NCBI RefSeq assembly: GCF_009914755.1
Contig: NC_060931.1
Strand: one strand, 5' to 3'
Source of the DNA: the human T2T-CHM13v2.0 reference genome, Homo sapiens
Length of the DNA: 64,000 bases
The notes under the pieces are model-generated. The model had not been told where the DNA came from. It worked only from the letters and a program-made list of their open reading frames with translations, and ran no database searches. Position numbers and translations under genes: made by a program. Every line of letters starts with the position of its first letter. The stretch's first letter is position 1. Positions 13,693-26,751 of the stretch are shown here, one piece after another.

Positions 13693-14640
13693 TAAGGCAC
13701 CTGAGAATTTTCTCGTCTGGAAGGAAATTAGAGATTTATATTTTTGCTCTCCTAATTTCTCTTCTTGATTCCAGTCTAGAATTTTTATTAAAATCATTTT
13801 ACAGAGTATTATAGGATGACCCTCTTCAGCCTTTCCTCTTATCCCAATTATCTTTCCAACACTTACGAATTTATTCAGCTTTTAAAGTCTAGCCCACTTT
13901 ATATCTTGTAGCTCCAAAAGTTTGTGATTATATTTTATGAGCCCCATTGTTCAGATATTTTTGATAGTTTTAGGAAAGAAGTTAGCAGGTGTGTAGACAG
14001 ATGAATTGAATTTATACCTGCCTAACTTGAGAAAATTTAGTATTAAGTTTTAGTCTTATAAAATTTAGTAGTATAAAAGGAAAACTCATCATTTTTCTAT
14101 TATATTCATGATGAAATGACATGTTACTTTACACCAGAGAGATATCCATGGCAAAAATATCGTAAAACACAGCCCATAGCTTTTATTCATGAGAAAGAAA
14201 ATTGCTTTTCCCTTTGGCTTTATATCACTAGCCCTTTAGTGTGGAGAAGATGCAGGCTCTGACACCTGCAGCCTCTTTAAGAGCACACGATTAGTTTCAA
14301 TTATTAACTCCAAATTCTTGGAAAGGTCAGGATAAGCGCCTCCTTAATCTGGGCTATCTTTTCCTTCTCTCTCCTTCTTCCTTAATATTACCCAGAAGTT
14401 GAGAGCAAGTCCTGTGTCTTTATATCTTCTACCCTGATCACTTTTGCTCACTGTGAACTTCCTCCAACAAGTGAAATTTAATTATCCACAAACATATGTA
14501 TTTTGCACTGTTGTTTCAATATTTTAAGCTTCTTGAATACAGAGAACAGATTCAACATTCATTGTTGTCTTCCAGAGTATAAAGTACAAACTTAAGTTTA
14601 TGTTCGACATCCGCTGATTCACTCATTAAAAGATACTCAC

Positions 14641-14679
14641 CAGCAGCTCCCAGGAGAGCAGGAAGATGAAGGTCTTCGT
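14641..14679 (-). pseudogene. PRSS3P3: Trypsinogen pseudogene exon 1 (signal peptide)
   Basis: ACG AAG ACC TTC ATC TTC CT-GCT CTC CTG GGA GCT GCT G|gtgagt = (M)KTFIFLALLGAA with ATG>ACG and a 1-nt deletion (39 nt instead of 40). Confidence 0.88.
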
Positions 14680-14734
14680 GGTTGCTCACTTCACCTGGAC
14701 TTGGAAATAGGATGACACTTTTCTTCCACAGCCA

Positions 14735-14740
14735 TTTATA
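14735..14740 (-). promoter_or_regulatory. TATA box of the trypsinogen pseudogene
   Basis: TATAAA on the minus strand about 55 nt upstream of the former start codon. Confidence 0.65.
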
Positions 14741-15144
14741 CCAACGGACTTGTCTTGACATTCATGGCCACAGGGGCCAGAAAAGTGATTTCACTGGAAA
14801 CTCACAAATCTAAATCTAAATTCTGTGACAGATGCAAGATAACTCAACATAAATTCTAAACATTAACATTTGCCTACTTTTCTAGAGGGTCATGGGACTG
14901 AAAGTAATAAGCCCACCTGGTAGAAACTGTACCCCATAATAGGTAAGTAAGGCGGAGTAAGGTCACAGGACAGAGTTACAGGTGTCCAGATTCCCAGATA
15001 AAAAATCTTAAGTAGTTGGGCATCTCAACTGTATATGTTTATTCTAAGAACGACTGCACTTTTGAAGTTTCATAATGTAGACTCTTTTACAATTATATAC
15101 TTTGTCTTTTGACTGCTCTGGTCTTATATATCCATGTTAGCTTT

Positions 15145-15295
15145 TCTCTTTTTAAAATTTCAACTCTTATTACAAATTAAAGGGTACATATGCAGGTTTT
15201 TTGCATAAGTAAATTACGTGACACCCAGGCTTGGGGTCCCAACAACCTCATCACCCAGGCAGTAAGCATAGTACCCAACAGGTGGTACTTCACCT
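15145..15295 (-). mobile_element. Short L1 3'-end fragment
   Basis: GGGTACATATGCAGGTTT...CATCACCCAGGCAGTAAGCATAGTACCCAACAGGT is the reverse of a primate L1 3'UTR. Confidence 0.7.
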
Positions 15296-15509
15296 TCTCA
15301 TTGTTAAAGGAACAGCTTGTTTCCCTTAGAAAAAGAAGATTGCTATTAATTGAACTTATAATAGAGAAAAGGAGGAAAGTTAAAAAATGCTAATAACTTA
15401 TAATTTTCTTGAGCTTATAATTATCTTGAGCTTACTGTACTTATTCTAAGTACTTATTGAATAAGTCAGTAAGTATGTAGAATACTGACATACACGTATG
15501 TCAGGGATA

Positions 15510-16035
15510 TTTTAAGTATTTGCCCATATTAATTTAGTAATCTTCACAACAACCATATAAGATACCTATTATAATTCCCACTTTACAGATGTGGAAACTA
15601 AGGCACACAAAACTGTAGGGGATTTGACCAAAATCACATAGCAAATACACGGTAACATCAGCATTCCAACCCAGAAAAATCTTCCTTCAGAGTCTGTGGT
15701 CCTGACCACTATGAAACACTTCTCTCAGTAAGTTCACCAAAATCTGGATGCCAAGATAATGCAAAATTCTTGGACAATGATAACATAGCTGAAATTTTTA
15801 AAGTATTTACTATGTGTCCAGCACTGTGGAAGTGGATTACGTGCATCAACTCATTCAGTCTTCACAAGCAGCATCGTAAGTGTTAAACTACAAATTTCAC
15901 CATTTAAGAGATGTGGAGAAAGAGGCTAAAAGAAGTCAAGTGAGTATATCAAAGTTTCATAGCTGTTAAGTGGCCAATCTATGGTTAAAACTTAAGCAGC
16001 CTCACTTCAGGGTTCATGCCCTCAACAGTGATGCC
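15510..16035 (-). mobile_element. Two MIR elements
   Basis: TAATCTTCACAACAACC...CCCACTTTACAGATGTGGAAACTAAGGCAC and CATTCAGTCTTCACAAGC...CATTTAAGAGATGTGGAGAAAGAGGCT. Confidence 0.65.
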
Positions 16036-16058
16036 GTGAATATAATAAGAGAGAACAG

Positions 16059-16301
16059 GGCTGGGCGCAGTGGCTCAAGCCTATAATCCCAGCACTTTGG
16101 GAGGCCGAGGTGGGCAGATCACGAGGTCAGGAGATCAAGACCATCCTGGCCAACATGGTGAAACCCCGTCTCTACTAAAATACAAAAAAAAATAGCCAGG
16201 CATGGTGGCGGGCACCTGTAGTCCCAGCTAATCAGAAGGCTGAGGCAGCAGAATCGCTTGAACCTGGGGAGTGGAGGTTGCAGTGAGCCGAGATCACACC
16301 A
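16059..16301 (+). mobile_element. AluS-type element lacking its 3' end
   Basis: Starts GGCTGGGCGCAGTGGCTC, ends abruptly at GAGCCGAGATCACACCA with no poly-A. Confidence 0.9.
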
Positions 16302-16679
16302 ACCAACTTTATCGATATTCCAAGACCTCTGGGAAACAGCAAGAGTATGATAGGAGACATCCAGACATTCATCAGGAGGATTCTTCATTTTTCAAGTATG
16401 GCAAATATTGTTGCTGAAGTTATTCATAAACATGCCTTCAGAGGGAAGTATGGGATTTACAGACCTCATCTGGTTAAGGACTACTCTTGACTTTCTTGAT
16501 TTAATAGAGTTTTACTGTGATGACACAAAGCACTGTTAAACAGAGCTGCGTTACTCGAAGAATGAAATACTTTCAATACAACCAATGGATAAATTCTTCT
16601 CTCACTGTGCACATTACCTCTCTTGGCCTTTTTATAATCTAATTTCTTATCATTCATAATCAGTCCCTCAAATACTGAC

Positions 16680-17834
<1,155 letters not shown>

Positions 17835-20513
17835 AGGTTACTTTCCCTCTTTGCTGGTGAACTTCTAGTCATCCATTAAATTTACCTGAAGTATCATCTC
17901 TATCTATAATTAATCTCTGACATTAACCTATGACCTCCCCTAACTCTACTGCCATAATGCCCCAATTGGTTAGATGCTAATCCGTTCTATTTCTTATCGG
18001 TGCCATTTTGAAACCCTGTGCATGTTGCTATTATAACTTTTGAATTTTGTTGCAGGCTTTGATTTCCTTTTCTCTTCAACTAGAATATGAGCTTCTGAAG
18101 AAAATATTGTATGTTAAAATTTCCAGTTTATGACACTGTCTCTGGCATAGAGTAGATGCTTAAGTTCTTCTGTTCTTCTTTGCCCCATTGGGCACTTAAG
18201 CCTTGTCCAAAACATCTTCACCAACAGTCATCCAGCCTCTATTCTGGACAGGAAACCACAGGACCTTCTGGAAACTTCTTCCTTCTGTCGAGCTGGAAAA
18301 TCGTCTTGTTAGAGCTTTGACTCTTTTTCTCTCTGTCCTATAGCTTGGGGACATAGGATCAGGAGAGAGATAGTAAGAAGATAAGTAGACAACAAAGCGA
18401 AAAGAAGATTGTAGGTTCTAAAATAGTTAAAGATGAGTCAGATAAGTGAAAACTCCAGCCCAGCAAATATACATTTTTCTCTTTAGGTAGCAGTTACAAA
18501 TTGTGAAAGGAAATCAAAAAAGTGTCTCCCTGTTACTGGGAAATAGCATGCCAGGTAGTAGTAGTCAAAGCTAATGCTGGCTTCTTTGTAGACAATTCAG
18601 CAGAAATAGTTTCTTAGAAAAAAAATACTTGGAACAGGATTAGATAGATTGCCCTAACATCTGGCTTAGAGTACTCTCCTTCAAAAAACCTTCTCCAATT
18701 GCATCAATCCCCAACTGATAATTGGTTTTCTATATAGTCTATGAATGCTGATGAGAATAGTTTGGGCCCGATTATTTGATGGTCAGTCAAATATCATATA
18801 GTGATTTTAAAAAGTTATTTCTTCTCAATATTGGCTCAGTCACACCATCTAGAATATTCACACACACTGAAAACCAAGATGAATAACCTGTAGTTTTTTT
18901 TTATTTGTATGGATTTATTTCCCCCTTTCACATGGTACCCATTGCAATCAGGGTCCTTCTATATATTTGTAAACCCGGACAAATCAAGTACAAACAAGCT
19001 CATTAGCTGCAACCACCACCCTGTACACTAAGAAGATCTTCCTGAAAGGTCCTGAGGTCTTCCCTGATCATCGCCCATGTCAGATGCCTCAAGTTATGCA
19101 ATAAACACACAGCGACATGAAATACAGAGGACTAACGTGCATTTCTTTGTATCTGTGTAGAAGGGAGGCCTGTTGGAAGGTGACAGAGACCATGCAGCAT
19201 GTGGAAGGTGTCTCCCCAAAAGTGGGGTGGAGTCAAAAGGGGATGAGGAAAGCAGCCTCCTGCAGATTGTGGAAGCCCCAGCAGACTGCAAAGGGCACCG
19301 CGTGGGGCAAGGCATCCCTCGTGTGGTGTGTCAGAAATTGGACTGAGGTGAGGAGAGTTTCAACATGGGTGGTCTCCATGGCACAGGAAGTCAGAACTTG
19401 AACGGAGAGAGGTGGCCATTTACAAAGGAGAGATGATGGCAGCCACAGCACACATTTAGTTACCTGTAAAGGGACTAATCAAATATGTAAATCTATAAGG
19501 ATAACAGAACCATGTTTCTCAGTTATTGGATAAGAGAGTTGCAAATATGGAAAGAGAAAACACTAGAACACAAGAACATAAGAATAAACCTTATAATACG
19601 GGATTGGAACTAGTGTGAACTCATCGCTTCTCAATATGTATAGACAGGAATTAAAGATATCTGTAAATATATGTGTACTGTGAAAACATATGTGTATGTA
19701 CAGCTCTGTCCACTGTGATACCTAAGAGTAGTTCCCCCCAAAAGCACCCCAAAAGATCTAGTATCCATATTCTGTTTTCTAAATACCACTGTCCACTAGA
19801 AGGAACCAGGACTTTTTGGACATATAGTAGATACAAAGACAGGCAGGAAAAGCCTAGAACCCCTTGTGCCATAAAGTAAGGAAATGCTGAAAGAATGATG
19901 GGGACCCTGACAGGAAGGAGAATTTAAGAATTAACAACCCCTCTATTTCCGTATCATCTTTGCACAATGCTTCATCAACATTGAAAGATTATTATTCATA
20001 AATAAAACCTTTGAAATAAAAATTGTTTTTATCAGTTACATTCCAGCCTTACATACTGAGACTATGACCCGATTTCTGTAGATTTGCAGATACAAATATA
20101 CCAATGCCAACCATAGCAGATTAGAAATACAATTTTTAAGTGCTTAGACCTACCTTTTACATATGATTTTTACTGTTTTCCATTCCATCTATCTATTCAT
20201 TGACCAACTAAGCAAATATGTATTAAGCACCCGCACTCTGTAAAGTATTTTGACAGTGGCCATGAACCATGTAAGCTTCTGGCACAGCAGCCTAGTGAAG
20301 TCTACCCTGCTTGGCTTACATTGTTTCGGAGCTGGGTAGACAGTTGGGGAAAATTATTTCAGCCTCTCCCCACAACCAGATTTCAAGATTGAGGCAATAA
20401 GAAGGTCAGTAGATGAAATGATTTAGGCACCTAAAACCCTTTAACCCTCCTAAAGCATACCCTGTAAAACTTTCCAAATTAGATGTTATCTCTAAACATG
20501 TCAAACATGTCTT

Positions 20514-20804
20514 TCTTTTTTTAAGATGGAGTCTCAGTCTGTCATCCAGGATGGAGTGCAGTGGCACAATCTTGGCTCACTGCAACCTCTGCCTCCCGAG
20601 TTCAAGCGATTCTCCTGCCTCTGCCTCCTGAGTAGCTGGGACTTCAGGTGCACGCCACCACCCCTGGCTAATTTTTTTGTATTTTTAGTAGAGATGAGGT
20701 TTCACCATATTGGCTAGGCTGGTCTGAAACTCCTGACCTCGTGATCCGCCCACCTCGGCCTCCCAGAGTGCTAGGATTACAGGCGTGAGCCACCATGCCC
20801 AGCC
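20514..20804 (-). mobile_element. AluS element
   Basis: Full reverse Alu; TSD CA(T/C)GTCAAACATGTCTT. Confidence 0.95.
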
Positions 20805-21949
20805 CACGTCAAACATGTCTTATAGCTCCTGTAATCCCTGAAGCACTTTGAGAATGTGAATATTATTCACAAAAGCTGTTTGAACAAATTAAAATGGCCC
20901 ATGTGCCCATGAGAGTTGGTTTTATTCACTGTTATATTCCTGGTCCTCAAACAGTGCCTGACATATAGTTATGTGTTCCATAAATACCTATTGGATAATA
21001 TTATTTTGATATCTTAAGTGTGTATATGGAGGTTGTTGGAGGCATTTCACCAGTAGGTGGTAGTTAGAGTTGCTAAACCTTTACTTCGGCGTTTCAAATG
21101 CCTTCTTGTTTTGTGCATTCCCCTGCGGAATCCCTTTGTATTCTATTCTCTCAATGCTGTATCAGGAGGACTGAGGGCAGATGGCTGACATGAGGGCAAT
21201 GTGCCTCTTTCACCTCCAGGAGGAGCTACGACTTTAGTGAAATTCCTGAGTCATGTGGAGGGAGAAGAGAGGCAGGAGGGAGGAAAGGACTAACGAAGGA
21301 ATCAAATGCTCTGGTATCAGGGTTTGCTCCTTGTTGTAGTTGAGAGACCATGTGTGGACAACTTGAAGACACTAAAGTCCATTCCACCTGGACCTGCATC
21401 TCTGCAGTCCCTCTGCTCATGCCCTTAGGGCCTCCTGTTATTCTAGTCTGTGTTCAGGTCCTGCATCCTAAGTAGGTGAGATGCTCCCTGGGGGTAGGGG
21501 TCGCAGATTATTTCTCTCATGTCCCCTCGAGCACCCACTGAAAGGTGCTTCCTCCCTAGTTGGCATTACCTTACTGGGTCTTAAAATGATGCACAGCTGG
21601 CTCCAGGGAAGGGCTCCACTGAGCTAGGTGAGGTGTCCTCCTGGAATTCACTGAGATGAGGGAGGGGAGCTGGAGTGTGCTCATCCTGGGTCCAAGACAG
21701 GCATCGGGAAGGCATCTGCCCAAAGGGAAGGGGTCTGTGTGTTAGGGAGGAGGGGAGCCATAAGTAGAAAGAGGAAGGGGAGACCCATTCATTCGTTGTG
21801 GGAAGGGCAGGCAGCTGCTAAGAAAAAAGCAACTGTCTAAAGAACCCGCCCTGCACACCTGGCCCTGAGAAGCTAGTCTAAACCCACCTCTTGAGGTGCC
21901 AGTGCCAAGCTTGGAAAGGAAAGAGGAAGTGTGAGCTGTAGACACTAAT

Positions 21950-21959
21950 AGTGACACCA
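21950..21959 (+). promoter_or_regulatory. TRBV1 promoter decamer (CRE-like), degenerate
   Basis: AGTGACACCA, one mismatch to the TRBV decamer AGTGAYRTCA, about 120 nt upstream of the ATG. Confidence 0.6.
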
Positions 21960-22079
21960 ACAGGAGCAGAGACTTCCCAAGCAGCCCCTGTCTCAGGGCC
22001 AGGGAAGCACACCCAGACGACAAGGACACAGAGCAGGGAGACACAGGGTCCCCCTGCCTGTGCCCCGGGTGACCCTGCC

Positions 22080-22529
22080 ATGGGCTGAAGTCTCCACTGT
22101 GGTGTGGTCCATTGTCTCAGGTGAGTCCTGGGCACAGGTGGGACATTTCTGTCCTTAAATTTTTTGCTTTTTTCATGGAACTGCTTCAGAAGATTCTGTC
22201 CTAGGCTTAGTCTGAATTTGGCTTCTTATTTTCATAGGCTCCATGGATACTGGAATTACCCAGACACCAAAATACCTGGTCACAGCAATGGGGAGTAAAA
22301 GGACAATGAAACGTGAGCATCTGGGACATGATTCTATGTATTGGTACAGACAGAAAGCTAAGAAATCCCTGGAGTTCATGTTTTACTACAACTGTAAGGA
22401 ATTCATTGAAAACAAGACTGTGCCAAATCACTTCACACCTGAATGCCCTGACAGCTCTCGCTTATACCTTCATGTGGTCGCACTGCAGCAAGAAGACTCA
22501 GCTGCGTATCTCTGCACCAGCAGCCAAGA
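22080..22529 (+). pseudogene. TRBV1: T-cell receptor beta variable 1 pseudogene (leader 22080-22120, V exon 22238-22529)
   Basis: Leader ATG GGC TGA (stop at codon 3), exon 41 nt instead of 49; V exon DTGITQTPKYLVTAMGSKRTMKREHLGHDSMYWYRQ...YLCTSSQ with first Cys replaced by Arg. Confidence 0.95.
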
Positions 22530-22568
22530 CACAGCCCTGCAGAGTCACCGCCTCCCTGTGCACAAACC
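22530..22568 (+). other. TRBV1 23-RSS
   Basis: CACAGCC - 23 nt - GCACAAACC. Confidence 0.95.
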
Positions 22569-22910
22569 TCCTGGATCTAATCAGAAAACCGTGGGGGCAA
22601 CGCATCCAGCTGAGCCTCAGCACTCGGTTCAGCATTCTGTAAGACCTCAGCAGACATCTCAGATCATAATACTGTCATTTATTGGATGTGGCAATGCTAA
22701 ATTGCCCAGACTCCTGCAGCCTGTGGCCTGAGTTTGTCTTGAATGAGACTGTGCCTGAACTTGAATGTAGGACAGATGCCGTCAAGTTTAAGTTTTTCCA
22801 AGTATCTTTCAGTCGGTTTGTGCCTCTGGGAAATGTTGTGTGAGGTATTTAACACTCTGGCCTCACCAATCCACCTTCCAATATGGACTGTTTTTTGACT
22901 TTTCTTTTGA

Positions 22911-23404
<494 letters not shown>

Positions 23405-24077
23405 AGGTCCTTTTCTTTTTCTTTCTTTCTTTTTTTTTTGAAAAACTAAAGAATACCCAATCCCCTCCTCAGGTGGCTCTATCACTGCCTCACCCTGAGG
23501 ACAGTATTTCCCCATGGGGTTTGGATCACTGTTCTCTAGTTCCCTCTCCCTGGGGCATGTGCAGAGTTTCAACTTCTTGTTGGCTGCTCTCTTCCACTCA
23601 GGATTTAAAACATTCACACTTGATTCTTTTTCCTTCTATCTCTGTAATCCTAATACCAAGTTTTCTTGGCATTCATTATCAGCCGTGGAATCTGTTGTAC
23701 CTGAATTGTTACTCACAGCAGGTAATAAGAGAACAAGACCTCCTGGAATTTCTGAGCCAGACTTTGTACTCAGGGTTACCTTGCTGACCCCCATATTTTC
23801 CAGCATTGCTCTTATTAATTAATGGCCCTCAGTCCTGCACACACCATCAGATCCCAGGGGCTGAGCACAGCCCTGCATTGTCAGGTTCTGCAACAACACA
23901 AAGGCTCCCTCCTCTCTCCTATAGAGGGCGCTCCAGGGATGGTGGGTGTTGCCAGAGACACCAGTAATTCTGCCAGACCTTGCCTGTGGGGCCATGGGAG
24001 CTCAAAATGCCCCTCCTTTCCTCCACAGGACCAGATGCCTGAGCTAGGAAAGGCCTCATTCCTGCTGTGATCCTGCC

Positions 24078-24512
24078 ATGGATACCTGGCTCGTATGCTG
24101 GGCAATTTTTAGTCTCTTGAAAGCAGGTCGATGCTTAGACTCTAGGAAATTCTTGCTTTGAACTTACCTAAGACAATTCTAAACCATTCTCTTAATCTTC
24201 TTCTTTTCTCACAGGACTCACAGAACCTGAAGTCACCCAGACTCCCAGCCATCAGGTCACACAGATGGGACAGGAAGTGATCTTGCGCTGTGTCCCCATC
24301 TCTAATCACTTATACTTCTATTGGTACAGACAAATCTTGGGGCAGAAAGTCGAGTTTCTGGTTTCCTTTTATAATAATGAAATCTCAGAGAAGTCTGAAA
24401 TATTCGATGATCAATTCTCAGTTGAAAGGCCTGATGGATCAAATTTCACTCTGAAGATCCGGTCCACAAAGCTGGAGGACTCAGCCATGTACTTCTGTGC
24501 CAGCAGTGAAGC
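24078..24512 (+). CDS. TRBV2: T-cell receptor beta variable 2 gene segment (leader 24078-24126, V exon 24215-24512)
   Basis: MDTWLVCWAIFSLLKA|GLTEPEVTQTPSHQVTQMGQEVILRCVPISNHLYFYWYRQ...YFCASSE; GT/AG sites; Cys, Trp, Cys intact. Confidence 0.97.
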
Positions 24513-24551
24513 CACAGCCTTGCAAAGACAACTCCAGCCTGTGCAAAATCC
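24513..24551 (+). other. TRBV2 23-RSS
   Basis: CACAGCC - 23 nt - GCAAAATCC. Confidence 0.93.
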
Positions 24552-26439
24552 CTCACAGAGCTGCCTCCCTCCCAGCCGCCAGCTCCCACTTCCTGCCTAA
24601 GAAAAGGAAGTCTCTGGTTGGGTTTGTTCTTGCAGCTGTCTCCAAATAGACAGATATCTGAAATTAAATTACCAAAGGTATCTTGGGCAGAAATGACCAG
24701 ACACTGTAGGATTTGAAGAATGTTTACAGATACTACAGAGTGTGAGTGTGATGGTGGGCTCTGAATATGAGAGAATTGTACACAACCAAGTAACTTATAT
24801 CTTCTCCTCATTCCCATTTGGCCATCTTTATTAGAATTGTTTTGTTTTAGTTGCTTAGGAAAACATATTTTAACTTCTAGGGTGGCGAGATGATTCCTGA
24901 GTGGGAGTTCAGGTATTTCCATGAGAATATAGAGGGTGCTCACAGAAATCTTCAGAAGAAGGGGCTTGGTACAAAGAACTCAATTATCAATGACTCTTGC
25001 TCAGCATGTGGTCAAGAGCAGAACTATCTGATGACCCTGTGAACCTGGTGTGATGCATTTGGGCTAATGATGCTAGCTCACAAAATAACAAGTTAAGAGA
25101 GTAGAAAACATGGAGTCTAATATTTCACACCATTTCAAGGTCAACAGAGTTCTAGACCAGCATGAGAATCGCCAGAATAAAGCAAGGCAGTGCAGGAACA
25201 GAATTCAGCAGCAAAAGTCAAGAGACACCTAGAGGCAGAGGCAGGAATGAATTTGTCACTTTCAACTTAACCTGAAGCAGCCAGATTAACTTCTTGAGTT
25301 TCATTTAAGAAATTATTCCTCTTTTAAACATACCTATTGAAGTCTAAATTTTAGGTATTTTATATATTTCAGTTCTGGAATTTCCATTTAAATCTTGCTA
25401 CAATTTCCAGTTGTTTGCTAAAATTGCACATTTTGTCATTTACTTTGTTGACTATATTAACATCTGTCATTTTAAAGCCACTTTTTGATAACTTTAACAT
25501 CTGAATCTGTTTGGGTCTATTTCTTTTGTCTGTTTTCTCTGTTCAGTTTCTGGGCACGTGATTTTGTTTTCTCATACAACTAGTAATTTACTTGAATGCC
25601 GGATATTGTATATAAAAACTATAGAGATAATTTGAGGCTCTGAATGATTTCATCTTCCTCAAATGATTCACTTTTGCTTCTGCTGGGATTGTAGCAGGGG
25701 CGGATCACCTTAATTGAGCTGATGAATGAGCTGGATCAGACCTGAGCTTCAGCCTGCATGATGGCTGCTCGCCTTTGCTCTTAGCCATGTAAGTTCCAAC
25801 TAGATGTCTGAAGTTTAACAGCTAAATCAAATTGTAAATTACATAACATAATATTTGCCCATTGCAAGCATGCAATTCAATGAATTTTGATAAATTTGTG
25901 GAGTTGTGCAACAATCACCATGATCCAGCTCTAAAACATTTCATCTTTCCCCACCCGGAAAGTTCCTTCGTGCTCATTTTCAGTCAATCCCTGCTTCTAC
26001 CCCCAGCACCAAGGACTGGGGTCTTTGCCAGGCTCCTCTCCTATTCAGTAGTCACTGAACGTAAATGTTCTCCAGACCAGAAAGGTGGTGGATGCTCCTC
26101 AAAGCCTGCTACACTCTCAGTCTTCCCTTTTCTTCTCAGCTACTTAGCCAACGATATAAAACTGGCAAATGACTTAAGGCGAAAGTGGTCTGTTAGATCT
26201 CTCCTTTCTCGTTGAGATCCCAATCCCTTAAGTTCTTACTGCCTCAGTAGCTCCAAGTGCCTTCAAACGTTTATTTTTATATTTTGTTAAGTTTTTCTAG
26301 TTGTTTTTGGTGGGAGTGTTGTTCTGCAAAAAATCAGTCTATTAACTCTGAAAGCCAGTTTCTATATTTATTAAAGGTGAGGTGCAATGTTTTATGTTTT
26401 TATTTTAGGTAGAAGTATCTTGAAGAAAGGAAGGAGTGA

Positions 26440-26751
<312 letters not shown>

